From Malacoraja senta (lineage: Eukaryota), in NCBI GenBank assembly GCA_038087875.1, contig CM075977.1:229338001-229402000 (forward strand): a stretch of 64,000 bases of DNA, given 5' to 3'. Of the stretch, positions 48,853 to 61,890 are shown piece after piece. The translations under genes and the position numbers were made by a program. Numbering within the stretch: position 1 is the stretch's first letter; each line of letters starts with the position of its first letter. The notes below the pieces were generated by a model. It searched no databases, was not told the origin of the DNA, and saw only the letters and a program-made list of their open reading frames with translations.

Positions 48853-51800
48853 TATGTTCCTACCGCACAGCCGCCGCCAGTGAGGCACGAGTGCGGCACG
48901 GCCGCCACCACAGCCGCCGCCAGTGAGGCACGAGCGCCGTGAGTCGAACCTGCACCGCCACAGCCTCCGCCAGTGAGGCACGTGTGCGGCATGGCCGCCG
49001 CCACAGCCGCCGCCAGTGAGGCACGTGTGCGGCACGGCCGCCGCCACAGCCGCCGCCAGTGAGGTACGTGTGCGGCACAGCCGCCGACAGTGAGGTACGT
49101 GTGTGGCACGGCCGCCGCCACAGCCCCGTGATCCGAAAGACGTCATCAGCCGAAACCGCAAGCTCGTTGAACCGGCCGTACTTGGCCCCCCGCGCAGCAT
49201 CCGTGCGGCGCTCTCGTGGTTGCCGTGCGGTCCCCTCTTCCGGCGACGCCGCGCTTCACCGCCAATGACCGCAAACCCGTGGGACAGAGCCTTAAGTGTT
49301 TTTTTTTAATTCTATGTGATTTATAATCCCAAATAAAATGAGTAATATTAGAGTCTAATTTTTTTTTAAAGTATTTTGGTATATATACTGGTATAGATTG
49401 AAATAGGTATAATAATTGTGGTAGAAAGATCATTTTTATAGCATTTATTCTACCTATTAATGATAAAGGAAGTGTTTTCCAAAATGTAATCAGTATATTA
49501 AGTTTATTTAATAAAGGTATAAAATTAGTATTGAATAATGCTTTATATTTTCTAGTAATCTGAATACCCAATTATTTAAATTTTTCTGTTGCTATTTTAA
49601 AGGGGAACTTCAATAAGTGTGTGGATTCTTGAGGTTTTAACGTCATGATTTCACTTTTATTCCAACTTATTCTATATCAAGAAAAGGACCCAAATTCCTT
49701 TATTAAATTTAATATATTTGGTATGCTCGTTTGTGACTTTGTAATATATAAAAGTATATCGTCTGCATATAATGAAATGTTATTATTTGAGTCCCTAGTA
49801 TTATAGCCCTGAATATTAGGATGAATTCTTATACTTTCAGCCAAAGGTTCTATCACAAGGGCAAATAGCAGGGGTGATAACGCACATCCCTGCCTATTAC
49901 CCCTTGATAATTGAAACTTTTGAGATAACATATTATTAGTTAATATTCTTGCCATCGGTTTACCATACAATAATTTTACCCATGTAATAAAATTCTCTCC
50001 CATATTAAATTTTTGCAGTACTTTGTATAAGTACTGCCACTCTACCTGATCAAATGCTTTCTCTGCGTCCAAAGAAATAATTGATATATCTTCTTCCTCC
50101 ACTTTATGTGAGTACATTATATTAAACAGGCGTCTCAAATTATTAAATGAATATCTTTTGGGTATAAACCCCGTTTGATCAGGGTTTATCAATTTACTAA
50201 TATATTTGCTTAATCTTTTTGCTAAAGTCTTTGCTAAAATTTTCTGGTCTGTATTTAAAAGTTATATAGCTCTATATGAGCCCGGATCCTCTAAATCTTT
50301 TTTTTTTTTTTTTGGAATAAGCGTAATAGTTGATTCTGCTAATGTTTCAGGTAGTTTATTTTCTTTAAAAGCTTGAGTATATAAATTATATACATAAGGA
50401 GTTGTTATCTCATGAAATTTTTTATAAAATTCATTACTAAAACCATCTGGTCCCGGTGTCTTGCCATTTTTCAACGATTTTATTGTTTCACCTATTTCTT
50501 CAATTGTAATTTGAGCACCAAGTTCCTCTTGTTCCAAAAGGTCAAGTTTTGGAAGATTACAGTTATCTAAAAAAAATTTAATTTTACTATCTTCTATTTT
50601 AGTTTTAGATGTATATAAATTTTAATAAAATTGAGCAAATCTTTTATTAATATCTTTAGATAGTATTAGTAATTCACCTTTCTCTGATTTCATTTTAGTT
50701 ATAGTATTTTCCTTTCCTTGTTTTTTCAATTGACGAGCTAAAAGCTTATGTGGTTTGTCACCAAACTCAAAATGTTCCTGTTTTGTAATTTTGTAATCTT
50801 ATTACTCTTGCCGATAAAATTCGATTAAGTTTAAATTTCAGTAATATTATCTTATTATGTTTATCTGTAGTGGAGTCTTTAGCATTATCTAACTCTAACT
50901 GTCTAATTTCTTGTTCTAACAACATTCTGTCTTATTCTTTTTATTTTGAAAAATTTGATATGAAATTATAATTCCTCTAATAAATGCCTTAAAAGTTTCC
51001 CATAATAAAGAAGGCGAAGTACCTGGTATATCATTTGTATCAAAAAAAAGTTTCATTTGTTGTTTTAAATATTGATAACCTTGTGTGTCATTTAAAATAT
51101 GTGTATTAAACCTCAAAAAAAAAATCTTACCCGGCATTCCCTCGAATTTTACTGACAATGTCAATGCAGAGTGATCAGAAATACTACTAATGTGGTATGT
51201 TGAATTAATTGTATGTGGCATTAATTTCATATCCACTAAAAAATAATCAATTCTTGAATAAGTTTTATGTACCGAAGAGTAAAACGAGTATTCCCTTCCA
51301 ACTGGATTAGCAGATCTCCATACATCTGTTATATTAGTATTTTTTATATATGTATTTAGAAGTTCACTAGTCTTAGATTTTAAATTACTCCTCTTTTGTT
51401 TTACTGATTTGTCTAGATATGAATCTAAAACACAATTGAAGTCCCCCCCCCTATTATCACATTCTGGTAATTAAACTCTGATATCTATAATTTTATCAAA
51501 AAATTTGGGGTTGTCAAAATTCGGTGCGTAAATATTTATCATAGTTAGTGGGGTTGCATAAATTTCTCCCGAGACTCTAATATACCTTCCCTCTTTATCT
51601 GATATAGTATTCTTTAATTTAAAAGGTATACCTTTTCGAATGAGAATAGCCGTACCTCTAGATTTAGAAGTAAATGACGAATAGTATGTTTGACCTATCC
51701 ACTTCGCCTTTAATCTCATTTGTGTTTGTTGTTTCATGTGAGTTTCCTGTAAAAACATTATGTCGCTGTTCATAGATTTTAGTTGAACTGTCTTAACTGT

Positions 51801-52202
51801 CTTAACTGTATATAGACACAAAGAGCTGGAGTAACTCAGCGGGTCAGGCAGCATCTCTGGAGAAAAAGGACGTGTGACTTTTCGGGTTGGGACCCTTCTT
51901 CAGACTGTTGTTTCAGTCTGAAGAAGGTACCCGACCCAAAACGTCACCTATCCTATTTCTCCAGAAATGCTGCCTGACCCACTAAGTTACTCAGGCACTT
52001 TGTGTCTATCTTTGGTATAAACCAACACCTGCAGTTCTTTGTTTCTATATCTTATCTTTACATTCATTGTTTTTTCTGTACTTGCAAGCCAATTAACAGA
52101 TACATTCAATTTGCACCTGGATTTGCTGGACATTATAACTTCCACACTTATAATAAATGCTACTGATTCAGAAAGCTAATAACCACGTCTATTTTCTTAC
52201 AG

Positions 52203-52329
52203 CTGATGCTGAAAGCCACCTTCTAGTTAAATCACAATGTAAATGCGTGACTGTCACATCCAAAACAGTTGTTTCTGAATTGCCTAATGGGGCACGCGTG
52301 GAGCAGCTCATGAGGGATATACACATTGT
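52203..52329 (+). CDS. Gene D exon 2: (A)DAESHLLVKSQCKCVTVTSKTVVSELPNGARVEQLMRDIHI(V); CxC present, no Cys3
   Basis: tattttcttacag| acceptor, GT|gtaagt consensus donor, 127 nt, phase 1 to phase 2, open frame. Confidence 0.8.
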
Positions 52330-53222
52330 GTAAGTAAATGCATTTTCTTATGTGAATGTATCCACATGGTTGAAAACAAGAAAAGACTAATTATTGGAGA
52401 CTGCAGGCAATTTTGTGCTGTGGTTCATCGAATCGATATCACAAAAAGGAGGCAATCAATACATCAGTCAGAGTCAGACCATAACACAACACAACCCCTA
52501 ACAACCATTCTGATTCCTTTCTTGAGTTATTTCCTGCTTGCTCTATATTCCCCGAAGACCCTGTCTGATTACATCTTCCTGAACCTTACACATGTTTCCT
52601 TTTACTTTTTGACCAATTTTGCAACCTCTCTTCTCACCCAAGATTCTCTTACTTTGCCACCTTTCTCCCTCCTCCTTGCTGGAACATGCTGATCCTCAAC
52701 TCTGATCAACTGATATTCTTTAGCTAAATACCAAATATCTGATGTGGACTTCTCCATAAATGCTGCTCCCAATATACTCTCCGAAGCTCCTGCCGAATAA
52801 TGTTATACTCTGCCTTATCCAAATTTAGTACTTTTGCCCCTAGGTCCCGACTTTTCCCTCTTCATAACTATCTTAAAACTTATGGAGTTGTGATCACAGT
52901 TCCTAAAATGTTCTTCCACAGAAACACCTGGCCAGGCTCATTTCCCAATACAGGTCCAGTATGGTCCCTCCACTAGTTGAACAATCCGCAAATTGGTTTA
53001 AGAAACCCTTTTGGATACACCTTACAAATTCTGCCCTGTCCTAATCTTTTGCACTAAGGAAATCCCAGTCAATATTGGGGAAATAAAAGTCACTCATTAT
53101 AACAACCCCATTCTTATTGACTCTTCCCATAGTCTGTCTACATATCTGTTCCTCTATCTCCTGCTGGCTATTGCGAGGGCTATAGTATAATTATACAATT
53201 ATACAATACAATTAAACAATTT

Positions 53223-54020
53223 ATTTATTGTCATTTGAACCTCAAGTATGAAGTTCAAACAAAATTTGGTTTCTGCAGTCATACAACAAGAAAAGAACCA
53301 AGACACACAACCAACACAATTTACACAAACATCCATCACAGTGAATCTCCTCCTCACTGTGATTGAAGGCAAAGTCTTGTCTCTCCCCTGTGTTCCATTC
53401 TTCTCCCGATGTTAAAGCCCCGGTGGGCGATAGCAAGTCCCGCGGCAGTTAAAGCCGCGCCGGGCGATGTAAGGCCCCGCTCCGGGTCTTAATGTTGGAG
53501 CCCCCGGCGGGCGATGGCAAGTCCCGTGCCGGGCGATGTAAGGCCCCGCTCCGGGTCATTTCCAACCCCGCAACTCGGGCGGGAGAAGCTGCCATTGCGG
53601 GAGCTCCGAAAAGCGGTCTCCCACCAGGGACCCGCGAGCTCCCGATGTCACCGTCCACCGGACCTGCGGCTGGAGCCCCCGAGCTCCGGAGTCGGGTCGC
53701 AGCCGCGCGCCGCCACAACTCTCCATGCTCCGAAGCCGTCCAGCCCCACGATGGTAGGTCCGCAGGCTCCACGACTGGAGCCCCCAGGTCGTTCCGGTTG
53801 GAGGCCGCTCCACGGTGCTAGGCCCCAACGACAACGGAGACCCGACAGGGAAAAGGTCAGGTCCCCCGTACAGGGAAGAGATTTTAAAAGTTTCCACCCC
53901 CCACATATACACAGCTAAAAACAATATAAAAACCACAACAAACTTATACATTCAACTGGACAAAAATAAAAAAGAGATGGACGGACTGCAGAGGCTGCTG
54001 CGAACGTCGGTCGCGCCACC
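53223..54020. repeat. GC/CpG-rich interspersed repeat with an internal direct duplication; unclassified
   Basis: Abrupt GC-rich block with repeated gccgggcgatgtaaggccccgctccgggtc. Confidence 0.5.
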
Positions 54021-55182
54021 CAAATCCCATCAGAGTGATTGCGTGTTTCTTATTTTTAAGCTTTACTCATATTGCCTCAGTGGATGAGCCCTCTGTGTCT
54101 TCTCTGAGTGCCACTGTGACATTCTCTCTGATTAGTAATGCAACTCCTCCACTTCTTTACCTCCCTCTCTATTACGTCTGAAACATCAAAACCCTGAAAA
54201 CATTGTGCTGTCAGTCCTGTCCCTCTCGCAACCAAGTCTCCATAATGGCCACAACATTATAATTCCATGCCACTACGAGATGCATTATCCTGACATGCTC
54301 CAATTTTTCGTGGGTGCTTATTTCTCTAACTAAACTGAACACTGTTGCTGCACAAAGATAAAAACTGAAAATAGTGGTATCCATAGTTAAGATTACCACA
54401 GAGAACTGAACATGTCTTCACTGAATGAAGAGTTAGCTGTTGTTTTGTTTGCTGGGTGGGCAATTCATATGAAAAGTAGTAGGGGTGGCACAGTAGTAGA
54501 GTTGCTGCCTTACAGCGCTAGTGACCTGCATTCGATCCTGATTATGGGTGCTCTCTCTGTGGAGTTTGTACGTTCTCCCTGTGACCATGTGGGTTTTATC
54601 CAGGTGCTCTGGTTTCCTCTCACACTCCAAAGATGTACAGGTTTGTAAATTATTCCGTATGTTGTAAGAAATTGTCTTTTTTTATTTATTTTTTTATTTT
54701 ATTTATTAGAAGTGAGTACATTACATTTTGATGGTACCTTTTTACAGGTTCCCAGAATTATTAAAAAAATAAAAATAAAAATAAAAAAAATAAAAAAATT
54801 GTCACTAGTATGTAGGATATTGTTAATACAGTATATGGGGTGATCGCCGGTTGACACGGACTCGGTGGGCTGAAGGGCCTGTTTTCTAAAGTAATGTCTA
54901 GTGACTATAAGAAGTACTAGGTCATGGAAAAGAATAGATGCTATCTAATCATCTGTGAAAGACTAATCCATCCCTGAACGTCCTAACATAATGCAATCCC
55001 TTTCCATTTCATTCCTCCTATTTTGCGTGAAAGACAACTTCCTGGAATAATTTCCAAGAGATAATCAATTTACACGCTGACTTAAAAGTTCACTGCATAT
55101 TATTTTCTGGAGCAACCTTATATCATCCAAAACAGACTCAGTTTCAACTTGGTATAGGCTTAATACACGGTGATGTTTGTTA

Positions 55183-55786
55183 AGGCTCTGTCTTACCTGT
55201 TTGCGGTCATCGGCGGTGAAGCGCGGCGTCGCCGGTAGCGGGGACCGCGCGGCAACGGCAAGAGCGCCGAGCCTATCCACTGGAGCGCCGCACGGATGCT
55301 GCGCGGGGGCCGAGTAATTCAAACACGGCGGGTCCCACGTGCTTGCGGTAAGTTAAAAAAAGGGCGGGCCGACTGCGATGACGTCGGCCCGCCGCACGTG
55401 ACTCACGAGCGGCGGCTGTGGCAGTGGCCGTCCTGATCGCGGTGCTGTAGCGGTGGCTGTGCCTGCGGCCATGCCGCACACGTGCCTCACTGGCGGAGGC
55501 ACGTGCCTCACTGGCGGAGGCTGTGGCAGTGGAGGTTTGACGCACGGCGGTCGAGCCACACTGGCGGCGGCCTGTGCGGGCGGCCGTGCCGCACTCGTGC
55601 ATCACTGGTGGAGGTTGTGCGGTAAGATTATAGTTTTCAACATTGTCGGTTTTATTTTAGCACCGTGCGGTGTTGGGAACACCGCCGCACGGCCCTGGAA
55701 TTGTACGTTCTCACGAGTGCGCGGTCTATGGCGGCAGATTCTTCCCGTTTCGCCGCCAATGACCGCAGACTCGTGAGACAGGCCTT
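55183..55786. mobile_element. Uninterrupted 604-bp copy of the Harbinger-type MITE, opposite orientation
   Basis: TTA TSD (55180-55182, 55787-55789) and the same TIRs. Shows the empty TA site where Tc1 sits in the other copy. Confidence 0.82.
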
Positions 55787-56066
55787 TTACTTAACGGGTA
55801 CATCATTATGCAGGATGCCCTTCTTTTCTATTGCTGCAGTACTTACTACTTGGCCATAGGCAATAATCTTCAAATGATTATTTTAATTCATGACTTTCTT
55901 CCTTCAATTACTGATATTGCCTACCCACATCAACAATTATGTGGTTGGACAATCACAGCTGTCCATGCTGTCAGCTGTAAGCTGTCCATGTGCAGAATTA
56001 CTTCATGGCATTTGGCTGCCAATTTCTGGTAATGTTAAAATGGTCTTAATTGTTATTTTATTGCAG

Positions 56067-56147
56067 AGTTCCCACGAGGAGCAGAGAGAACATTTCAGAT
56101 CCAACCTCCCCTATTCGGAACAAGTTTGTCTACAAAATTTCAGATTT
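56067..56147 (+). CDS. Gene D exon 3: VPTRSRENISDPTSPIRNKFVYKISD; no Cys4
   Basis: ttattttattgcag| acceptor, phase 2. Aligns ungapped with the chemokine R-E-x-C-L-D-P-x-A-P-W motif. TT|gtatga phase-2 donor. Confidence 0.7.
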
Positions 56148-58424
56148 GTATGATTTATATTTTTCTCTCTTTTTTTTGCAATATATAATTAGAGCTTAGT
56201 GTTTATGAAAGAACTCCAGATGCTGTAAAAATCGAAGGTAGACAAAAATGCTGGAGAAACTCAGCAGGTGAGGCAGCATCTATGGAGCGAAGGAATAGGT
56301 GACGTTTCAGGTCGAGATCCTTTTAATTAGAGCAGGTTTCAGAACACAGCCTACACCTGGCATCTGTTAACTTCTATGTATTTGTGTGTCACGTTGCTTT
56401 TTTTTTCGTATGGCCGTAAGGTAATTCGCATACCACTTTGGTACACGTGACAATAAAAGACCTTTGAAACTTTTATGCTACAATCAGGCCTCCTTGAGCC
56501 ATTTCTGAATATTCAGTAACAACTGAATAACTCAGGCTGAACGGTGGCGTCATTAGTAGAGCGGCTGTCTTCTGCTCCTGTGATCTTCGACCCAGACCTC
56601 GGGTGCTGTTTCATGGAGTTTGTACTATTTCTCTGTGACTAAGTGGGATCCTGAGTATTCTGGTTTCCTCCACGTTTATAAGTCATGAAGGTTGGCGGGT
56701 TACCAGGCCATTCTCTATTACCGCTAATGTGTAGATGAGTGGTAGAATCTGAGGAAGCGTTAATAGTGAATGTGGGGAGAATAAAATGAATTAGTGTTAA
56801 ATAATTAGGATTTGTGTAAAAATGGATGCTTAATGGTTGCTGCTGACTTGGTGAGCCAAAAGACCTATTTCCCTGCTGTTTTTCAATATGACTCCATAAT
56901 TGTATGAAAGCTTCAGTTGGATATTTTGGCAAAAAGGAGACCTAAAGGTATATTCAGATTTGTTTTGGTTTTTAATATTGCCAGAGGAACCATCTTCTCA
57001 GATAAGTGAATGGGTAAAATAGTCAAAACAACTGAGGAAATCATCAGAAAAAGACACAAAATGCAGGAGTAACTCAGCGGGTCAGGCAGCATCTCTGGAG
57101 AACATGGATGTGATGTTTTGGGTCAGGAGCCTTCTGCAGACCTTCTTGTCTCTACAAGGAAATTAGCAGAATGTTTTCATAATGAGGGTTATTAAGATTT
57201 GTGATACATCATTATACATAATGTGAAAGAGCAACTTCCAATAACAATAGAAACTATATTTAAAGAGGACTAATTTGCAGAGTTTGGGAGAAAAAGCTGG
57301 AAGTGGAAATGAACTTCACATTTATTTTGAGACATCACAACATGGCAGTCTGAATGATTTCCAATGTTCCAAAGTTGTGCTCAATGGCATATTGACTATA
57401 GTGAAAGGACAACCAAATAAGTGGTGATATGTGGTTTAGATTAAAACCAGAATTTTCCTAACAGTTCATGTTTCCATGGCTCAGATATAACTGATGGAAG
57501 CTTGGTGGACGTTTCCTTTAAATGCATAAGGGAATCTTTTATATATTTGATAAATAATTCCAAGACAATTCTTTGTCATGTTTTCATTCATTTTGCATTG
57601 GTTTGACGTATCGACTTCAGGTGAAATGATAGGGAACACCTAAATTTACACAGTTAAATCCTTTTATGGCTTTCTTCCAATGTAAGTATGACATAGGATA
57701 TTGAGGCACTGGTAAGGAAAATGGAGCCATATTTCAGGTGTAGGCATCTGGGATCAAGTGAATATCTTGAGGAGTATAAGAGATGTAGGACTATACTGAA
57801 GAAGGAAATCAGGAGGGCAAGAAGAGGAACTGAATAGTAAGTTTGTGGACTACATCAATATTGGTGCTGTAGTGGATAATGAAGACAGTTATCTAAGATT
57901 TCAACAGGAGCTGGATGATTTGGAGGAGGGAGCCAAGGAATTGCAGATGGAATTTAACTTTGACAAGTGCCTATTGCAAGTTAAACCTGGGCATGATATA
58001 CACAGTAAATGGTAGGACCCTGGAGAGTATAGTAGAATGCAGGGGCTTAGTTACACGTACATAATTCCCTGAAAGTGGCAACACAGATAGAAAGGGGGGG
58101 GGGTGAAGGTGTTTGGCACACTTCTCTTCATTGGTTAGGGGCTATTTCCATTGACTATAGAAATGTGGACGTCATATTACAGTTCTATAAGAGAACAAGC
58201 TACCAGAATGAGTTGTAGAGGTGGATATAGTTACAATGTTTAAAAACATTTGGACAGATAAGTGGGTAGAAAAGATTCAGAGGGATAGGGGAAACTGGGC
58301 TAGCTCAGTTTGAATGTTGGTCAGCATGAGGGAGTTGGGCTGAAGGGCATATTTATGTGTGGCATAGCTCCATGACTGTGTTAATGAGAAATATATCTTT
58401 GATTGATCATATATTTTGTTGCAG

Positions 58425-58521
58425 CTGCAAGAATTGCAACCAAAAGCCAACTTTACCTGGTGAACCCCAATGCAAACCCCCACCTCCCCCTGCAGACACC
58501 TGCTACGGCCGTGACATCTAG
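58425..58521 (+). CDS. Gene D putative exon 4: (F)CKNCNQKPTLPGEPQCKPPPPPADTCYGRDI*
   Basis: atattttgttgcag| acceptor, phase 2 matches exon 3, TAG stop, AATAAA at 58728-58733. Confidence 0.62.
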
Positions 58522-60711
58522 TGAATGCCAATACCGTAAAAACACCATGGGAACCAAATGGATGCTGTGTGGAATCCCAAACGCCACTGGAATCCACAGC
58601 CTACAGCGCCCTCTACTGAAACATGATTCCGCCTCCATGTCAGATGTTTTTCCCATAACGACATTGTGTTTCTTAATGCATTTTTAGCTTTATATAGTTG
58701 CATTTGCTTTTTTATCTTCATTGAACAAATAAAATGCTTCCTTGCTTCAAAACTTGTTTTGTGCAAATCCCGTTCTTTGACTTGTAGCATCATTTCTAAT
58801 TTGTCATAGTTTGCTTTTACTTTTTTTGATGACAAACAAAATGAAGGCCACATGTCAATGCAGCAGACCACCACTCAGTAGGTTTTGTGGAAACGGGAGT
58901 TCCAGAAATATCTTAACATATGGGCCTGAATTCTGTAATCAGCAGCAAAGCAAAAACACCCACTATTCCAGGGAATTGCTGGTAAGTAGTGTCTTCAAGC
59001 GGACAGATACTCATAAGTCACAAACAGAATGCAAAAGGTGCAATTTTTGAAAAGTACTTCAAACAACATGCAGAGCACAAATGCATCAGAGAAGAGTCAG
59101 TGAATTTTATAAATATTTTTAAAATATTGTTTTCATTATTCCTATGTATTCATGGAACGAGCTGCCAGAGGAGGTTGTTGAGGCAGATATTATAACAACA
59201 TTTAAATACATTTGGACAGGCTGATGGATAGGAAAGGCTTAGAAGGATATGGGCCAAACACAGAGGTGAGACTAGTGTGGATGGGGCATCTTGGTCGACA
59301 TGGACAACGTGGGCCAAAGGGCCTGTGTTTATGCTGTATGATTGACTATATGACTCTAAGAGATGAACAGTGGAGGATATGGAAGAGGACATAATTAGGC
59401 ACACAAACTCTGTTATCACCCGTGTTATATTCCACATGTGTGGAGATGCTGCGAATACTCTCAAATTCATGGTGTATAATACAAAATGTCAAAAGTGTAG
59501 TCATCGATGTAACAGTAAAGTACAGGTTGAAGGTGGAGTAGTGGAAAGAGCCAGGCCAGTTGTGGAGGGGGAGGGGGAGGGGGAAATGAAGGAGGCCAGA
59601 AAGAGTTAGGCCAGTGATGGAGGAGGGGGCAAAGGAGCTCTGACAGAGATGAAGGAGAGGGAGAGTCAGGCCAGGAAATAAGGAAGGTGAAAGAACCAGA
59701 CTAGGATTAGAGTAAAAGGAAAGTGCCAGGTCAGGGATAGTGGAGGGGGGAGGTTCGGAGATACTCAAGGGGTCTGTCTCCCAGGTGCAGGAAAGTTGAC
59801 ATTTTCAATTGAAGTTTTCCTTTCCCCTGGATCCCTATGAATTACTTAAAATCTTAAACTAAAAAGCAACATTTTAAGGAACAATATTTCTGCATTATTA
59901 TTGTGTACGAGCCTTAGATGTTGTTCACCTTACCAAGCAGGAACAAACTTCCAATTCCTGATTTGTGTGTTTTGACATATGAATATTTTTAGTTTAGTTT
60001 AGAGATACAACATGCAAACAGACCCGATTAGCAAGTTTGCTGATCACACTAAAATAGGTGGTACCATGGACAGTGAAGTTGGTTATTAAGAATCACAGCA
60101 CGATCTTGATCAGCTGGGCAAGTGGTGCAAGGAATGGCTAATGGAGTTTAATTCAGATTTACAAGGACATTGCCAAGACCCGAAGGGCTGAGCTATAGGG
60201 AGAGGTTGGGGAGGCTAGGACTTTAATCCTTGGAGCACAAGAGGCTGAGGGCTGATTTGAGAGAACTGTTTAAAATCATACGGGGAAGAACTTTAATGGC
60301 ATTGACGTGCAGAGACCTTGGAGTCCAAGTTTATCTATATTACTAAAAGTAAGATCTTGACCGCTTTTGACTCACGGCGATGTGATTTCCGAAGAACGCC
60401 GCCACTTACGGCCATCATCTTTGGCCACCTCGCTCAGAGCCCCCCTCCGCAGGAGTGGACCAGAGGATTTTTCCTATCGATGAAAAATCAGAGAGATATT
60501 AATGTTTTTTAAAATTCGCCATTCTCTCTGCTGCCCCTGCTGGTGGGAGGGGGAGGGACTATAAAACCCGGAAGTGGTGTGCCTCACTCAGTCTCTGCAA
60601 AATGCAGGAAGTGAGAGGGTCACGTCTCTCTGAGCTCTGAATAACACTTAACACATGTCTACTCAACTGTGAGTGCCCTTAATGTGGTTTGAAAATGAAA
60701 ATATGGTTGGT

Positions 60712-61010
60712 TTGAAGTAAAAAGGCATTGCAAAGGGTTGTTTGGAGGGTTTGGGTTGAAGTAAAAAGGCACTGCAAATGGTTGTTTGGGGGTTTTGGGT
60801 TGAAGTGAAAAGGCACTGCAAATGGTTGTTTAGGGGTTTTGGGTTGATGTGGAAAGGCACTGCAAATGGTTGTTTGGGGGTTTTGGGTTGAAGTGAAAAG
60901 GCACTGCAAATGGTTGTTTGGGGGTTTTGGGTTGATGTGAAAAGGCACTGCAAATGGTTGTTTGGGGGTTTTGGGTTGAAGTGAAAAGGCACTGCAAATG
61001 GTTGTTTGTC
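60712..61010. repeat. 44-bp minisatellite, about 6.5 copies, inside the Helitron
   Basis: gggttgaagtgaaaaggcactgcaaatggttgtttgggggtttt at 60753, 60797, 60841, 60885, 60929, 60973. Confidence 0.95.
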
Positions 61011-61399
61011 TAAACTTGACAACCTGTTTGCACTATTTTGATTTTAGATAAAACGCTACCACTTACGGCTGTGATTTTTGGCCATCTTACTCAGTCCCCC
61101 TCCGCTCATCAGGTGCAGAGGATTCTTCCCATCAATGAAAAATAAAAGTGATATTAGTGTTTAAAAAATGTTGAGAATCTCTCTCCTGTCAATCACGCCA
61201 TGAAGGCCACACCTTTTCTGGTGGGAGGGGGAGGGATTATAAAACCCGGAAGTGTGGGTGTGGCTCAGTCTCTGCATGATGGGGGAGGGAGAGGTCATGA
61301 CTCTGTCTGAGCTGTGAATCAACTGAACACACTGAATGTCTACTGAACTGTGAGTGTGGTGTTTTGTGTGGTTTTATGATGGTTTTATGGTGGTTTCAC

Positions 61400-61890
61400 C
61401 CTGTTTGAAATGGTATGAAACTGCATTTGAATGTGGTGGCCTTGCACCCTGCATGAAATGGTATGAAACTGCATTTGAATGTGGTGTCGTTGCACACTGC
61501 ATGAAATGGTATGAAACTGCATTTGAATTTGGTGGCCTTGCACCCTCCTTGAAATGGTATGAAACTGCACTTGAATTTGGTGGCCTTGCACCCTGTTTGA
61601 AGTGGCATGAAACTGCACTTGAATTCGGTGGCCTTGCACCCTGCTTGAAGTGGTTGGAAACTGCACTTGAATTCGGTGGCCTTGCACCCTGCTTGAAGTG
61701 GTAGGAAACTGAACCTGAATTTGGTGGCCTTGCACCCTGCTTGAAGTGGTATGAAACCTCACTTGAATTTTGTGGACTTGCACCCTGAGGCAAGAAACTG
61801 CACTTGAATTTGGTGGCCTTGCACCCTGCTTGAAATGGGAGGAAAATGGATTTGAATTTGGTGGACTTGCACTCTGCTTGAAATGGAATT
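61400..61890. repeat. 48-bp minisatellite, about 10 copies, inside the Helitron
   Basis: tgaaatggtatgaaactgcacttgaatttggtggccttgcaccctgct units. These produce the 16-aa periodic spurious ORFs. Confidence 0.95.

Larger units (their letters stand above)
44492..49292. mobile_element. PIF/Harbinger-type non-autonomous element carrying a Tc1 insertion
   Basis: TAA TSD (44489-44491, 49293-49295). Imperfect 14-bp TIRs AAGGCCTGTCTCAC / GTGGGACAGAGCCT. Internal 43-bp GC-rich tandem array at about 48868-49125. Confidence 0.8.
42956..51793 (-). mobile_element. Outer L1-clade LINE (ORF2 from endonuclease to C-terminal Cys-rich domain), split by a 4.8-kb nest
   Basis: LQETH endonuclease (51471-51854), GKTPGPDGF, SLDAEKAFD, QGCALSP, LYADD. 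HRIKKKHL|CKPKDVGG continues across the insertion. Poly-T at 42960. Possible TSD taactgtct (42947-42955, 51794-51802). Confidence 0.9.

Noticed and set aside
48709-49309. GC-rich ORFs (GGGCGGGRAAHVPHWRRL repeats), also 55273-55776, 53449-53951 and 20015-20444
   Set aside because: Stop-poor GC-rich interiors of MITEs and other repeats, not genes.
58403-58687. 94-aa ORF-track protein (AARIATKSQLYL...TLCFLMHF), open in both exon-4 copies, with a GPI-signal-like end
   Set aside because: It needs a phase-1 junction, but the only good exon-3 donor is phase 2. Differences between the copies are mostly non-synonymous in this frame (V/E, S/R, Q/L, Y/F, L/V, C/R). The phase-2 Cys/Pro frame was preferred, though this frame is not fully excluded.
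60663-61022. Repetitive ORFs over the 44-bp array
   Set aside because: Artefact of a tandem repeat, with no splice or start context.
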